From a virus (Duplodnaviria; Caudoviricetes): a stretch of 59,582 bases of DNA. The notes beneath the pieces were generated by a model. That model made no database searches. It had not been told where the DNA came from and saw nothing but the letters and a program-made list of their open reading frames with translations. The stretch covers positions 1 through 59,582 of the IMG/VR virus record IMGVR_UViG_3300025082_000008, one strand, 5' to 3'. A program made the position numbers and the translations under genes. Shown here one piece after another: positions 11,536 to 20,816 of this stretch (position 1 is the first letter of the stretch; each line of letters begins with the position of its first letter).

Positions 11536-12231
11536 ATGGGATTTTTAGATCATTCAACAAACAATATCATCGTTGATGCTGTTTTAACAGATTTAGGACG
11601 TCAAGCGTTAGCAAAAAATGACGGTTCTTTTAACGTGTATCAGTTTGGGTTAGGTGATGATGAGTGTGACTATAATGTGATCCAGCAGTTCGGAAGAACT
11701 GTGGGCAAAGAAAAGATAGAAAAGAACACACCCATAATAGAAGCACTGACAGCTGGAAGCGTAGCGCTTAGACATAAGTTACTCAGTGTTTCAAATGAAT
11801 TCTTGACGCACCTGCCTGTTCTAGAATTCGCTGATACATCAACGATCGCGCTGTCTAGAGGCGGAAATGTCACAACTAGCACGCTGACAGCGACTATCAG
11901 TTCAAAGACAGGTGTGGGCATAGATCAGGATCTTATAGACGGAGAGTTCAGGGTGGAAGTTAATCACATGTTTTTGGGTCTCACAGGTGAGGCTCCTGAT
12001 ATCGTCCATACAGATAACATCGCTATCTATAGGTACCCAGCTGGATTCGGTGACACAGCAGACACAGTTTCAGCAAGCATTCAGTTATTTTTAAAATCAT
12101 TTTCAGACACAACTTTTGATACCTTTTCTACTTCTGGTGGGACATACATTAGAACATTCGTCAAAGTGACAGGTATTAACTCAGGACTTACACAGAACAT
12201 AGAAGTTCAGATCGAAAAGGGAAGCAGCTAG
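11536..12231 (+). CDS. Putative virion structural (baseplate/tail-collar-like) protein
   Basis: 231 aa; VDAVLTDLGRQALA...FNVYQFGLGDD; SD GAGGA upstream; N-terminus paralogous to 707..1753. Confidence 0.6.
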   Translation: MGFLDHSTNNIIVDAVLTDLGRQALAKNDGSFNVYQFGLGDDECDYNVIQQFGRTVGKEKIEKNTPIIEALTAGSVALRHKLLSVSNEFLTHLPVLEFADTSTIALSRGGNVTTSTLTATISSKTGVGIDQDLIDGEFRVEVNHMFLGLTGEAPDIVHTDNIAIYRYPAGFGDTADTVSASIQLFLKSFSDTTFDTFSTSGGTYIRTFVKVTGINSGLTQNIEVQIEKGSS

Positions 12232-12247
12232 GAGGCCAATCTAATAA

Positions 12248-13567
12248 ATGAGTACTTATAAAACAATATCAAGCGCAGACATAAAGACAACGCGGTCAAA
12301 CTTAAATCAGCTTGTTGACTTCGTTGAAGAGGATGTGTCTGGGTCTACAACAAGAAAACGTTACCAGGTTTTCATAACAGGCTCTGGCGCAAATTCTATC
12401 ACATCATCACTGTTTCATACAGTGTATGATCAGGATTATACACTCCAGACAGCAAATGAGCTATTTGACATGACAGTGGGTGTATACTCAGGATCGCGCA
12501 CTGTCTCCACTGCTAGCTCAGGGATGGACGTGAACGGCAAGCTTCTCTTCACAGGAAGCCAGCCGATGATGAGGGAGAAGGTCAATATATACAGACAGTT
12601 TTCCCAGCTATTGCTCGGAGATGCGTCACAGAGATTCACGTCACCGTTCTCAAATGCTACAACAACAGTAGAGAACATCGACAATGCACTGTTCCTCACG
12701 TTCAAGCGACTTTTTGTCAGAGACGGTATCAAGCGCGAGACTTTCGCGATGCGGATATACCAGAGCTCATCGAGGGCAAGCCCCTCCACCGGTACTACAG
12801 ATGCTGACACAGCTGGTGAGGGTGGATCAGGACCGGCACAGAACATAGCAGTAACATCAGTCCATCCAGCCAGTGGCTCAGTAATTATAACAGACGTAGG
12901 TGCTGCATCTAGCATTGAACGTTCTCAATTTGGAGGCGACGTAGGGAATCTTGTTCTTGCGTCTAATACATCACATAATGTTGGTTTGATATTCTACCAG
13001 CACGGCATACTAATACTTGACATGGAAAGAGCCTTAGACGGAGACCAGATCATGTCAGGTTCAATCTCTGCAGTCGGTGCACCCGGGAAGGTAGCTTCTT
13101 ACGACGGTGTAACCGCGGATACAAGAGTGGAACACCCAGCAGGAACCACTATTGGTGGTGGTGCTCTGTCAGGTATGGCCCACGTTTCAGCGTCATTTGT
13201 TCCTCACTTTGTGGCGTCTGCCTCTATTGACACACTGCTTGATCACATAGCAACCACGCGGTTCTCAAGTGGCTCGCAGACTTTCCTGACATTCCAGAAT
13301 AACACACAGATAAATTCAACATTGATTTTCTGTAGAGCGACAGCTGATGAATTTAATTACTCGTCTAACCCAACGTACACTGACACTGAGGGAAGAATTG
13401 TTGTCATTGACGAGTCTCAACAGGGCGTGCAAAAATCGTTCGCCTTTGTTTCAACAATTGGACTTTACGACGCTAATGAGCAACTCCTCGCAGTCGCGAA
13501 ACTTTCAAGGCCAGTCGAAAAGAATGATGAGAAGGATTTGACTTTTAGAGTTAGGCTTGATTTCTAA
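12248..13567 (+). CDS. Putative virion structural protein
   Basis: 439 aa; C-terminus IGLYDANEQLLAVAKLSRPVEK...FRVRLDF, paralogous to the C-terminus of the next gene; SD AGGAGG. Confidence 0.6.
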   Translation: MSTYKTISSADIKTTRSNLNQLVDFVEEDVSGSTTRKRYQVFITGSGANSITSSLFHTVYDQDYTLQTANELFDMTVGVYSGSRTVSTASSGMDVNGKLLFTGSQPMMREKVNIYRQFSQLLLGDASQRFTSPFSNATTTVENIDNALFLTFKRLFVRDGIKRETFAMRIYQSSSRASPSTGTTDADTAGEGGSGPAQNIAVTSVHPASGSVIITDVGAASSIERSQFGGDVGNLVLASNTSHNVGLIFYQHGILILDMERALDGDQIMSGSISAVGAPGKVASYDGVTADTRVEHPAGTTIGGGALSGMAHVSASFVPHFVASASIDTLLDHIATTRFSSGSQTFLTFQNNTQINSTLIFCRATADEFNYSSNPTYTDTEGRIVVIDESQQGVQKSFAFVSTIGLYDANEQLLAVAKLSRPVEKNDEKDLTFRVRLDF

Positions 13568-13582
13568 CACTAAGAGGCAGAC

Positions 13583-15979
13583 ATGTCATTTGTCAAATTA
13601 GACAGGCAGAATTTTGAACTAACATCAATCCTTCTTAAGCCAACTGTACACTTTGTGTCATCTTCAAAAGACCCGGGTGGTGTTGTTACTGGATCGCAGT
13701 ATGTTTCATCTGTTAGATCAAAGTGTATTAAGCAGGTTATTGATCTAGCAGCTGCTACGAATAATCTCGAGGAGGATATTGAAGATGATGTGTCATCAGT
13801 ATCTCAGTACAATATTGACAGTTACACAAGAGCAGTTGCTCTATATACAGCACAAACAAAAGCAGCAACAAGCGGTACAACTGATTTAACTGGATCTTTA
13901 GAGTTGTACATGTCTGGCGTCTATGTCGCACCGAAAGATGTAAGATTCGAAAAGACAATTGATGTTTTCAGATTTGATCCACCGTTTAAGTACACAAATA
14001 ACACAACTGTTAAGAACGTAGTTAGAAATGTCTTAATGCCGTATAATCGGCACAGATATGAAAACTGTGGTTTTTGGTACTCTAATTATAATACTCTTAA
14101 TTTTTTCGATAATGACATAGTGCCATCAGGATCTTGCCTAATATATCCAAACTATACAAGATCGCTTGATCTACCTGACACGTTTTCTTTGAATTTCTGG
14201 ATAAATCCGAGGTACTCAAGAGCTGATAGAGCATATAAAGCTGGAACGATATTCCACATGTCCTCTTCAATTGCTGTGTCACTTGTTTCTGGGTCTAGCA
14301 TAAATGTGTACGGTGAGGAAGATGAGTTCAAGCTACTCCTTCAGCTTAGCCACAGTGCTGACATACCTCCATCATCAATCGATCTAGCAGCACCTAACAG
14401 TGCATTCCCGGGAGATTTAGTTTTTACATCGTCATTTGTTCTTAAAAAGAATCACTGGCATCATGTTGCAATCATGTGGGGCGCGAACACAAATAATCAA
14501 AGCGGTTCCATGTGGATCGATGAAAATGAAACAATCTTTCACGTGCCATCAAGCTCATTAAGCTCATCATACCAACCAGACGGGCTAGTTATTGGAAATT
14601 ACTACGATGGAAATGCAGATGACTTGTCAGCATTATTCGGCACGCACGTAGAAGCAGAGGGTGTGAGAGTAATGGGCCCAGATGATTCCGCAGATCCTTC
14701 AATAGGCCCAAACATGTTCGCGCATCCATTGAATGCAGAAATTCATGACATAAGACTCTATAATCAGTTCAGAGATAAGGCAGTCACATCATATCAAAAC
14801 CCGGGCGCGGTGGGCCCAGAGACAACTGAGAACTTAGTTCTTTGGATACCTCCGTACTTTTACCCAACGACGCCTACGAGAAGTGTGCTAGTCACACCTT
14901 TTCAGACGATAGATGACAGTACAACAAATGATCCGTTCAACGTCCAGTTTTCATTCGGTGTGGGCGGAAAGATGATCAATCTTGAGAATTTTGTTAGAGA
15001 TTTTGTGACAGGTGAGTATCCAAGGCTTTTAGAGTTAGTTCCAAAGACAATAGACACAACAATAGAGGACATAACAGCAGACCAGTATGTCTATGAAGCA
15101 GGCACAAATCCTATATTTTCAGGTGTGGTGATACCTACTGGGTCTCACATAAAGAGAAATATGACAATTCTCCCTTGTGACAATGGCCTACATAGTCCTA
15201 GATACACAATACTTTCTAGCTCTGCAATGTCAGCAAGCGCGATGTATCAGAAGTCTTGTAATGGTGTTCCTGATTACTCTATTATAAATTTGGACTATCT
15301 AATTCCAACAGCTTCTTTATTCCCTGGCCTGATTTTTGCAACTGGGTCTATCTTCTCTGACATCTGTGGTACTGCTCCTGATAACCCTGGTGTTGCACCA
15401 GGCTCAGTTCTTACAATAGCACAGAGGACAAGAGACGTAAGCTCAAATGAAATTGTTGTCTTTGATATATCGAATCTTTATTACGGAAATAAGATAAACC
15501 CAGGAAGTCTTGAGATGTATGATGAGCATCTAACAGGCTCTCAGGGAGATGTAAAGATAAAGTTAAGAGATAACGGAAGGGGTAGCATTTATAGAGCAGA
15601 TTCTGTCACAAAGCATGCGACATGGAATAATTTAGGAAATGTGTTATATGAAGACGGCATCGTTGTTTTAAAGACGCCTCACCTGCTCTACTTCAACAAG
15701 GATAAGACAAATATAAAATTTAAGGGTGAACAGAACATTCATACAATGATAGTGAACGTTCCCTGTCATGAGTGGAATTTCACTTCATCTTCAAATAAGA
15801 CCTATAAGGAAATAACACCGACTGCCGGCGCAAATGACTCGACTCTCAAAGCTGTTTATTTAACAGGCGTGAATATTCACGATAATAATTTCAATGTGAT
15901 CATGCGAGCAAGCTTCTCCCAACCGATTGTTAAAACTCAAGAAGATGAGTTTGTTATTCGTTTAAAGCAGGATTTCTAA
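13583..15979 (+). CDS. Putative virion protein with LamG/ConA-like lectin domain
   Basis: 798 aa; FSLNFWINP...WHHVAIMW...LVIGNY...EIHDIRLYN is the LamG-like pattern; C-terminus paralogous to 12248..13567. Confidence 0.65.
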   Translation: MSFVKLDRQNFELTSILLKPTVHFVSSSKDPGGVVTGSQYVSSVRSKCIKQVIDLAAATNNLEEDIEDDVSSVSQYNIDSYTRAVALYTAQTKAATSGTTDLTGSLELYMSGVYVAPKDVRFEKTIDVFRFDPPFKYTNNTTVKNVVRNVLMPYNRHRYENCGFWYSNYNTLNFFDNDIVPSGSCLIYPNYTRSLDLPDTFSLNFWINPRYSRADRAYKAGTIFHMSSSIAVSLVSGSSINVYGEEDEFKLLLQLSHSADIPPSSIDLAAPNSAFPGDLVFTSSFVLKKNHWHHVAIMWGANTNNQSGSMWIDENETIFHVPSSSLSSSYQPDGLVIGNYYDGNADDLSALFGTHVEAEGVRVMGPDDSADPSIGPNMFAHPLNAEIHDIRLYNQFRDKAVTSYQNPGAVGPETTENLVLWIPPYFYPTTPTRSVLVTPFQTIDDSTTNDPFNVQFSFGVGGKMINLENFVRDFVTGEYPRLLELVPKTIDTTIEDITADQYVYEAGTNPIFSGVVIPTGSHIKRNMTILPCDNGLHSPRYTILSSSAMSASAMYQKSCNGVPDYSIINLDYLIPTASLFPGLIFATGSIFSDICGTAPDNPGVAPGSVLTIAQRTRDVSSNEIVVFDISNLYYGNKINPGSLEMYDEHLTGSQGDVKIKLRDNGRGSIYRADSVTKHATWNNLGNVLYEDGIVVLKTPHLLYFNKDKTNIKFKGEQNIHTMIVNVPCHEWNFTSSSNKTYKEITPTAGANDSTLKAVYLTGVNIHDNNFNVIMRASFSQPIVKTQEDEFVIRLKQDF

Positions 15980-16531
15980 TTGATACTAGCACTTGACATA
16001 TCCACTAGTTGCACAGGTTTCTGCGTCTTCAGTTATGAAGGCACACTTGTTAATAGCGGCGCGATTAGACTTGATAGGGAAAAAGACTTTTTTATGAAAG
16101 TTCGGATGGTCGAGAGAATAATTCGAAAGCTAACAGTAGAGTATGGCTTAAAAGTTGTCGTTATTGAGGAATCATTACAATCATTTCGTCCAGGATTTTC
16201 ATCTGCTAAGACCCTGTTTACGCTATCAAAGTTCAATGGGATAATTCAGTACATATGCTATAACTTAGATATGGAAGTTTTCACACTAAATGTAAACACT
16301 GCTCGTAAGCTTGCTTCAATTAAAATTGACAGAAAGAGCAATGTGTCAACAAAGGAGCAAGTTGTTCAGCAGGTCTCGCAGAACAATGAATTGAGGCTTG
16401 ATTTACCCAAGAAGATACTTAAGAGCGGCCCAAGAAAGGGTCAAGAAGTGTATGAGAATGCTGCGTATGACATTGCAGACGCTTATGTGATAGGTAAGGC
16501 ATATTGCGTTGAAAATCACACAGAATGTTAA
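15980..16531 (+). CDS. RuvC-like Holliday junction resolvase
   Basis: ILALDISTSCTG, VVIEE, and DIADA near the C-terminus give the RNase H-fold acidic residues; TTG start directly after the upstream stop. Confidence 0.8.
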   Translation: MILALDISTSCTGFCVFSYEGTLVNSGAIRLDREKDFFMKVRMVERIIRKLTVEYGLKVVVIEESLQSFRPGFSSAKTLFTLSKFNGIIQYICYNLDMEVFTLNVNTARKLASIKIDRKSNVSTKEQVVQQVSQNNELRLDLPKKILKSGPRKGQEVYENAAYDIADAYVIGKAYCVENHTEC

Positions 16532-16537
16532 TATAAT
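16509..16537 (+). promoter_or_regulatory. Sigma70-type promoter of the primase gene
   Basis: TTGAAA (16509-14), 17 nt, TATAAT (16532-37). Confidence 0.6.
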
Positions 16538-16543
16538 CGTTCT

Positions 16544-17500
16544 ATGAGTGTTATCACTGAAAAGCAAAAGATAGAGCTTATAAGGTCTGCTTTTGGTGAA
16601 GGTATAGTTTCAAAAGACTATAAGAATATATCAGTGTCGTGCCCTATATGCGGAAAAACTAAGTCTGTTCACAAAAAAAAGTTATCTGTTTGTCTAGATA
16701 CGGGAATGTATCACTGCTGGGTTTGTGAAGCTAAAGGCAGGAATATTGCTAATCTAGCAAAAAGGACTGGAACATTTCAGAACACTTTAGATAGCTTATA
16801 TGTAATATTTGGTTACCCAAAAGGCGAAGAGCAGGAAATAGTTGAAATATTGAGTCTTCCGTCTGACTTTAAGCTTCTTTGTTTGAATAACAGCAAGGCG
16901 GCAAAGATTGCTAAACATTATCTTAGTTCTCGAGGTTTTGACGAGAAAGACATAACAAGCTACAAGGTAGGGACAAGCAATGAAGATCAATATAATAATA
17001 GGATTATATTCCCGTCATTTAACGATCGACTCGAGCTGAATTTTTTTCTATCAAGGACGTATGACTCAAGACAGAATATTCCTTACAGGAATTGCAAGTT
17101 TAGTAAAAAAGATATTATTTTTAATGAGAATTTTATTGATTGGAACAATACGCTTGTTTTAGTTGAAGGTGTCTTTGATTCTGTAAGAGTTCATGGAAAT
17201 GTAGCATGTATGCTAGGAAGCTGGATCGATGAGACACACTTGCTCTTTAATAAGATAGTGATAAACAAAACACCCGTTATTCTAGCGCTAGACCCAGATG
17301 CCAAGGAGAAGGAACAAAAAATTGCTCAAAAATTATCTGAGTACTGTGTTGATGTTAAGATTGCTAGCAATAAGCTTAAAGACTTTGGGGATATGACACA
17401 TGAAGAAGCACAAAGTTTTATTAACAGTGCTAAACATTTTGATGTTACTGATAGAATAAGATATTTAATAGGTGGAATAAAATCTGGTTCCGTCTATTAA
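16544..17500 (+). CDS. DnaG-type DNA primase (Zn finger plus TOPRIM)
   Basis: CPIC...YHCWVC zinc-binding domain; RIIFP; LVEGVFD and LALDPD TOPRIM motifs. Confidence 0.88.
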   Translation: MSVITEKQKIELIRSAFGEGIVSKDYKNISVSCPICGKTKSVHKKKLSVCLDTGMYHCWVCEAKGRNIANLAKRTGTFQNTLDSLYVIFGYPKGEEQEIVEILSLPSDFKLLCLNNSKAAKIAKHYLSSRGFDEKDITSYKVGTSNEDQYNNRIIFPSFNDRLELNFFLSRTYDSRQNIPYRNCKFSKKDIIFNENFIDWNNTLVLVEGVFDSVRVHGNVACMLGSWIDETHLLFNKIVINKTPVILALDPDAKEKEQKIAQKLSEYCVDVKIASNKLKDFGDMTHEEAQSFINSAKHFDVTDRIRYLIGGIKSGSVY

Positions 17501-17509
17501 GGTGTAAAT

Positions 17510-17827
17510 ATGAAAAAATTAAGTCGTGCTAGTCTTAGAAAGCTAATTAGAAATGAAGTTCGGAGCATCGTCGATGAAGATGCTCTTCTTTCATCACCTG
17601 ATATAGGCGAGCCTTATTACGTTCCGAGAGATGAGATGGAGTATGATGATCATGACCACAGCCTCAGCGCGCAACCGTGCTCTGCGTGTGGAGATTATCA
17701 TGATGACTCACCCTGCGCAACAGAGCAGGATCCATTTTTAGACACACTTGGCGCAAGATCTGACCTCTATGAACTTTCTGATGTCTACAACAGAACAGGC
17801 AGAAGAAAACGAAATGATAGATCTTGA
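17510..17827 (+). CDS. Small hypothetical protein with N-terminal LRKLIRNE helix and Cys/His cluster
   Basis: 105 aa; MKKLSRASLRKLIRNEV; HDH...CSACGDYHDDSPC; stop abuts the next ATG. Confidence 0.6.
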   Translation: MKKLSRASLRKLIRNEVRSIVDEDALLSSPDIGEPYYVPRDEMEYDDHDHSLSAQPCSACGDYHDDSPCATEQDPFLDTLGARSDLYELSDVYNRTGRRKRNDRS

Positions 17828-19135
17828 ATGCCTTCGCTACAAACTTTATTTGCAGAAACGTCTGACTATAACATAGATAGTAAGCATTTAAAAAAAGTTT
17901 CTAAAGTTTGTAGTCGTCTTGGCAGCGCAGAAAACTTACTACCTTCAATGAGTTATCCGTCAGTTAATTCTGCAGCATTTGATAATGATTTGGATGAAGT
18001 GGTGAGATGTATTAAACACCCACATATGGATAATAGATTTATAAAATGTTCTGATGGCTCAGTTGAAGAAACATTTAAATCGTTTTTAGAAAGAGAGCAT
18101 AATGACTTCATAGACTGGAGTGAAATATCAAAACTATTAGAAGAGGTTGATACAATAGTTTTGAGGCTAAAATACGAGTATAAAAGACCCAGGCCCAAAT
18201 GTTTTTTAATAGATGTCAGTGACAGATATAGAACAATAAAAGATTCGAAATCACCCTCTTTTCCTAGTGGTCATACAGCAATTGCATATTTTTTATCCGG
18301 AATACTATCTAAACTCATTCCAGAGCTTACAGGTGATCTTTTGACATTATCTGAGATGGTAGGACAGTCAAGAATTGAAAATGGTGTACATTTTCCTTCT
18401 GATATTTTGTATGGGAGGCTAGTGGGCGAAATGTTATCTGACAGCTACAATAATGAAGAAAGACGCATAATAGATGGGTTAAAAAGAAATCACTATCGTG
18501 AGTGTAGTCAAAATTTGAGAGATGTTGCAGAAAAGATACGTCCAAGTCACTTGAAGGTAGATGCTTTGGATAGCTACGCAAGGGACCTGGCACAATATAT
18601 TTTTAGAACTAATCAGATAGAGCGATATTCTTTGGACTTCGATGATTGCAATCAATCTGCTCGGGAATTTTTAATGGGTTATCCATCAGACTATGTAACT
18701 GATGATAAACACATAAGCTCAACACTTGACGGAATTGTGTATACAAATCTACTTGAGACTATTGATAGTCCACAAAAAATTATACAGACACACAGGGCGT
18801 TTCATCCCGACGTCATAGAAAGACAAGCCCCCGGTTCTTTACGAGACTTTTCACATGCTTCTCCGTCAGGTACAGCTTACTCAGAACCTCAGGATATTCT
18901 TCATTGTTTGAAACAGTGTTGTAAGATCAAAGATCAACCTGTGCTAAAGCATATTGTCTATGAATGGGTGCACCCATTTTGTGATGGTAACGGTCGTTCT
19001 GGAAGGTTAATTCTAGCGTCAGACTTAGGTTATAACTTTGATATTGCTAACCAGGTTATTGATGACAACTACATTCCAATGTTAAGAGAGTTCATGGAAA
19101 ATACAGATATGAACGATTTAGTAAATAGCTTATGA
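17828..19135 (+). CDS. PAP2 (acid phosphatase/haloperoxidase-type) domain fused to a Fic domain
   Basis: PAP2 motifs KYEYKRPRP, PSFPSGH and SRIENGVHFPSD; Fic motif HPFCDGNGRSGR at 18971-19006. Confidence 0.85.
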   Translation: MPSLQTLFAETSDYNIDSKHLKKVSKVCSRLGSAENLLPSMSYPSVNSAAFDNDLDEVVRCIKHPHMDNRFIKCSDGSVEETFKSFLEREHNDFIDWSEISKLLEEVDTIVLRLKYEYKRPRPKCFLIDVSDRYRTIKDSKSPSFPSGHTAIAYFLSGILSKLIPELTGDLLTLSEMVGQSRIENGVHFPSDILYGRLVGEMLSDSYNNEERRIIDGLKRNHYRECSQNLRDVAEKIRPSHLKVDALDSYARDLAQYIFRTNQIERYSLDFDDCNQSAREFLMGYPSDYVTDDKHISSTLDGIVYTNLLETIDSPQKIIQTHRAFHPDVIERQAPGSLRDFSHASPSGTAYSEPQDILHCLKQCCKIKDQPVLKHIVYEWVHPFCDGNGRSGRLILASDLGYNFDIANQVIDDNYIPMLREFMENTDMNDLVNSL

Positions 19136-19144
19136 TTGATTTTC

Positions 19145-19173
19145 GTGTAACTTTTCATTTTTTGTTTTATAAT
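19145..19173 (+). promoter_or_regulatory. Putative early/middle promoter (GTGYAA-N17-TATAAT class)
   Basis: GTGTAA 19145-50, 17 nt, TATAAT 19168-73; same architecture at four other sites. Confidence 0.65.
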
Positions 19174-19209
19174 ATTATCAAGAAATGAGTTTAATAAGCG
19201 GAGAGGGCA

Positions 19210-19644
19210 ATGATTCCAAAGCTGACACAATCACAGATCAAAATGATCAAAGAAGAGCTTCAAAAGAATGTTGAAGAATTCGACGCAGAAGAAGACCTTG
19301 ATACTGTTGACTTAGCAGCTGTTAAAAAGCGTTATTCGTATGAGTTAAACGACGACGGAACGATGCATTCAGATGAGAAAACAATCAATAGGCAGATCAA
19401 GCGAAAGATGCTTCGAGAAGCCAGAAATACGAAGAAAGTATCTGTTGCGTGGAATTTAGAGGCAGGTGATACTGTCCAATTTAAGAAGAACGGAACAATT
19501 GTATACGGGATGATCGTAAAGCAGTCAGCAGATGGAAGTTACAGAAACGTATCAGAAGCAAAGTATAGAGGGAAAGTTCTCGTTATGTGTGCTTCTGGCA
19601 ATATCTGGATGAATCCAAATAAGCTTGAAAAGCTTGATGACTAA
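19210..19644 (+). CDS. Hypothetical protein, possible C-terminal SH3/KOW-like barrel
   Basis: 144 aa; LEAGDTVQF...YGMIVK...VLVM...IWMNPNKLEKL; SD GGAG. Confidence 0.6.
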   Translation: MIPKLTQSQIKMIKEELQKNVEEFDAEEDLDTVDLAAVKKRYSYELNDDGTMHSDEKTINRQIKRKMLREARNTKKVSVAWNLEAGDTVQFKKNGTIVYGMIVKQSADGSYRNVSEAKYRGKVLVMCASGNIWMNPNKLEKLDD

Positions 19645-19650
19645 GAACTC

Positions 19651-19679
19651 GTGCAATATTAAGAAAAACAATTTATAAT
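19651..19679 (+). promoter_or_regulatory. Putative early/middle promoter
   Basis: GTGCAA 19651-56, 17 nt, TATAAT 19674-79. Confidence 0.65.
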
Positions 19680-19709
19680 ATAGAAGAACAAATCATTAAA
19701 GGATAAAAA

Positions 19710-20762
19710 ATGAATATCAAAACCTTCGTTCAAGTTATTTCGGCTCTCCCACCCCATATCGCAGTGTTGGCAAAGGGACCAACTGGAATCGGTAAGTCAG
19801 ACATCTTTAAGGCTGTTGGAAATAATCTTTCCATGCCTGTTATCGACCGTCGACTGTCTCAGATGACAGAGGGCGATATCATCGGGCTCCCTGAGCTCAC
19901 TGACGGCATCACACGATTTGCGCCAGTGGACTGGTTTGTCCGGGCTTGCAATGAGCCGGTCGTTCTGTTCTTTGATGAGCTCAACAGAGCTACAATTGAG
20001 GTTCAGCAATGCGCGTTCCAGATCGTTCTTGATAGAGAGTTGAACGGGCACAAGTTGCATCCTGAGACTCGGGTCTATACTGCGATCAATGAAGGTAGTG
20101 AGTACCAAGTCACAGACATGGATCCTGCCTTGCTTCGTCGTTTCTTTGTAGCCACTCTAGAGCCTACGACTGAGGACTGGCTCGTCTGGGCGGAAGGTGC
20201 GGGCGTTGATGATGTCATCACTTCGTTCATTAAGAAATATCCCACACATCTCCGACATGACGGTGAGTTGCAGCCAGGAAAGGTGTATCCAAACCCGGCT
20301 TCGTGGGATCGCTTGGGTCAATCCCTTTGTTTCGCGAACATGGCACCCTCTGATTTGATTGGAGGAGAGGTACCTGACATTCTTTTCTCGATGTGCACGG
20401 GATTCATCGGCACAGAGACTGCTGTGGCATTTACTGATTACGTTAGAAATTACGAGATCAAGTTCTGTGCTGAGGATGTTCTTAACAACTGGAAGTCTAA
20501 GAAGTCTGGAATTAACAAGCTCACGAACGACAAGAAGAACGATCTTCTTAGTCAGATTGTGACATTCAGCAAGGATGTAGAGCTTACGCTAACTCAGGCA
20601 AAAAATGCATGCGCATTCGCAGCAACTTGCTCTGATGAGATCCTCGTTAATTTTATGAACTCAGTGATGGAGACCAAGAATATTCCTAACATCAGGAAGG
20701 TCCACAAGCACATCGCTCAGAGGGTTGTTGAGATCGTGAATGCTGCTCAAGCTATGAAGTAA
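19710..20762 (+). CDS. MoxR-like AAA+ ATPase
   Basis: Walker A GPTGIGKS, Walker B VLFFDELNRA, sensor TAIN, arginine finger DPALLRRF. Confidence 0.88.
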   Translation: MNIKTFVQVISALPPHIAVLAKGPTGIGKSDIFKAVGNNLSMPVIDRRLSQMTEGDIIGLPELTDGITRFAPVDWFVRACNEPVVLFFDELNRATIEVQQCAFQIVLDRELNGHKLHPETRVYTAINEGSEYQVTDMDPALLRRFFVATLEPTTEDWLVWAEGAGVDDVITSFIKKYPTHLRHDGELQPGKVYPNPASWDRLGQSLCFANMAPSDLIGGEVPDILFSMCTGFIGTETAVAFTDYVRNYEIKFCAEDVLNNWKSKKSGINKLTNDKKNDLLSQIVTFSKDVELTLTQAKNACAFAATCSDEILVNFMNSVMETKNIPNIRKVHKHIAQRVVEIVNAAQAMK

Positions 20763-20765
20763 TTC

Positions 20766-20794
20766 GTGCAATTAATATAAATATGTTGTATGAT
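20766..20794 (+). promoter_or_regulatory. Putative early/middle promoter
   Basis: GTGCAA 20766-71, 17 nt, TATGAT 20789-94. Confidence 0.6.
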
Positions 20795-20816
20795 ATAGGC
20801 AACAAGAGGATATAAC

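Noticed and set aside
17510-17827. Classical Fic antitoxin (class I) upstream of the Fic fusion
   Set aside because: No (S/T)xxxE(G/N) motif in this ORF; the inhibitory-like motif lies within the fusion protein itself
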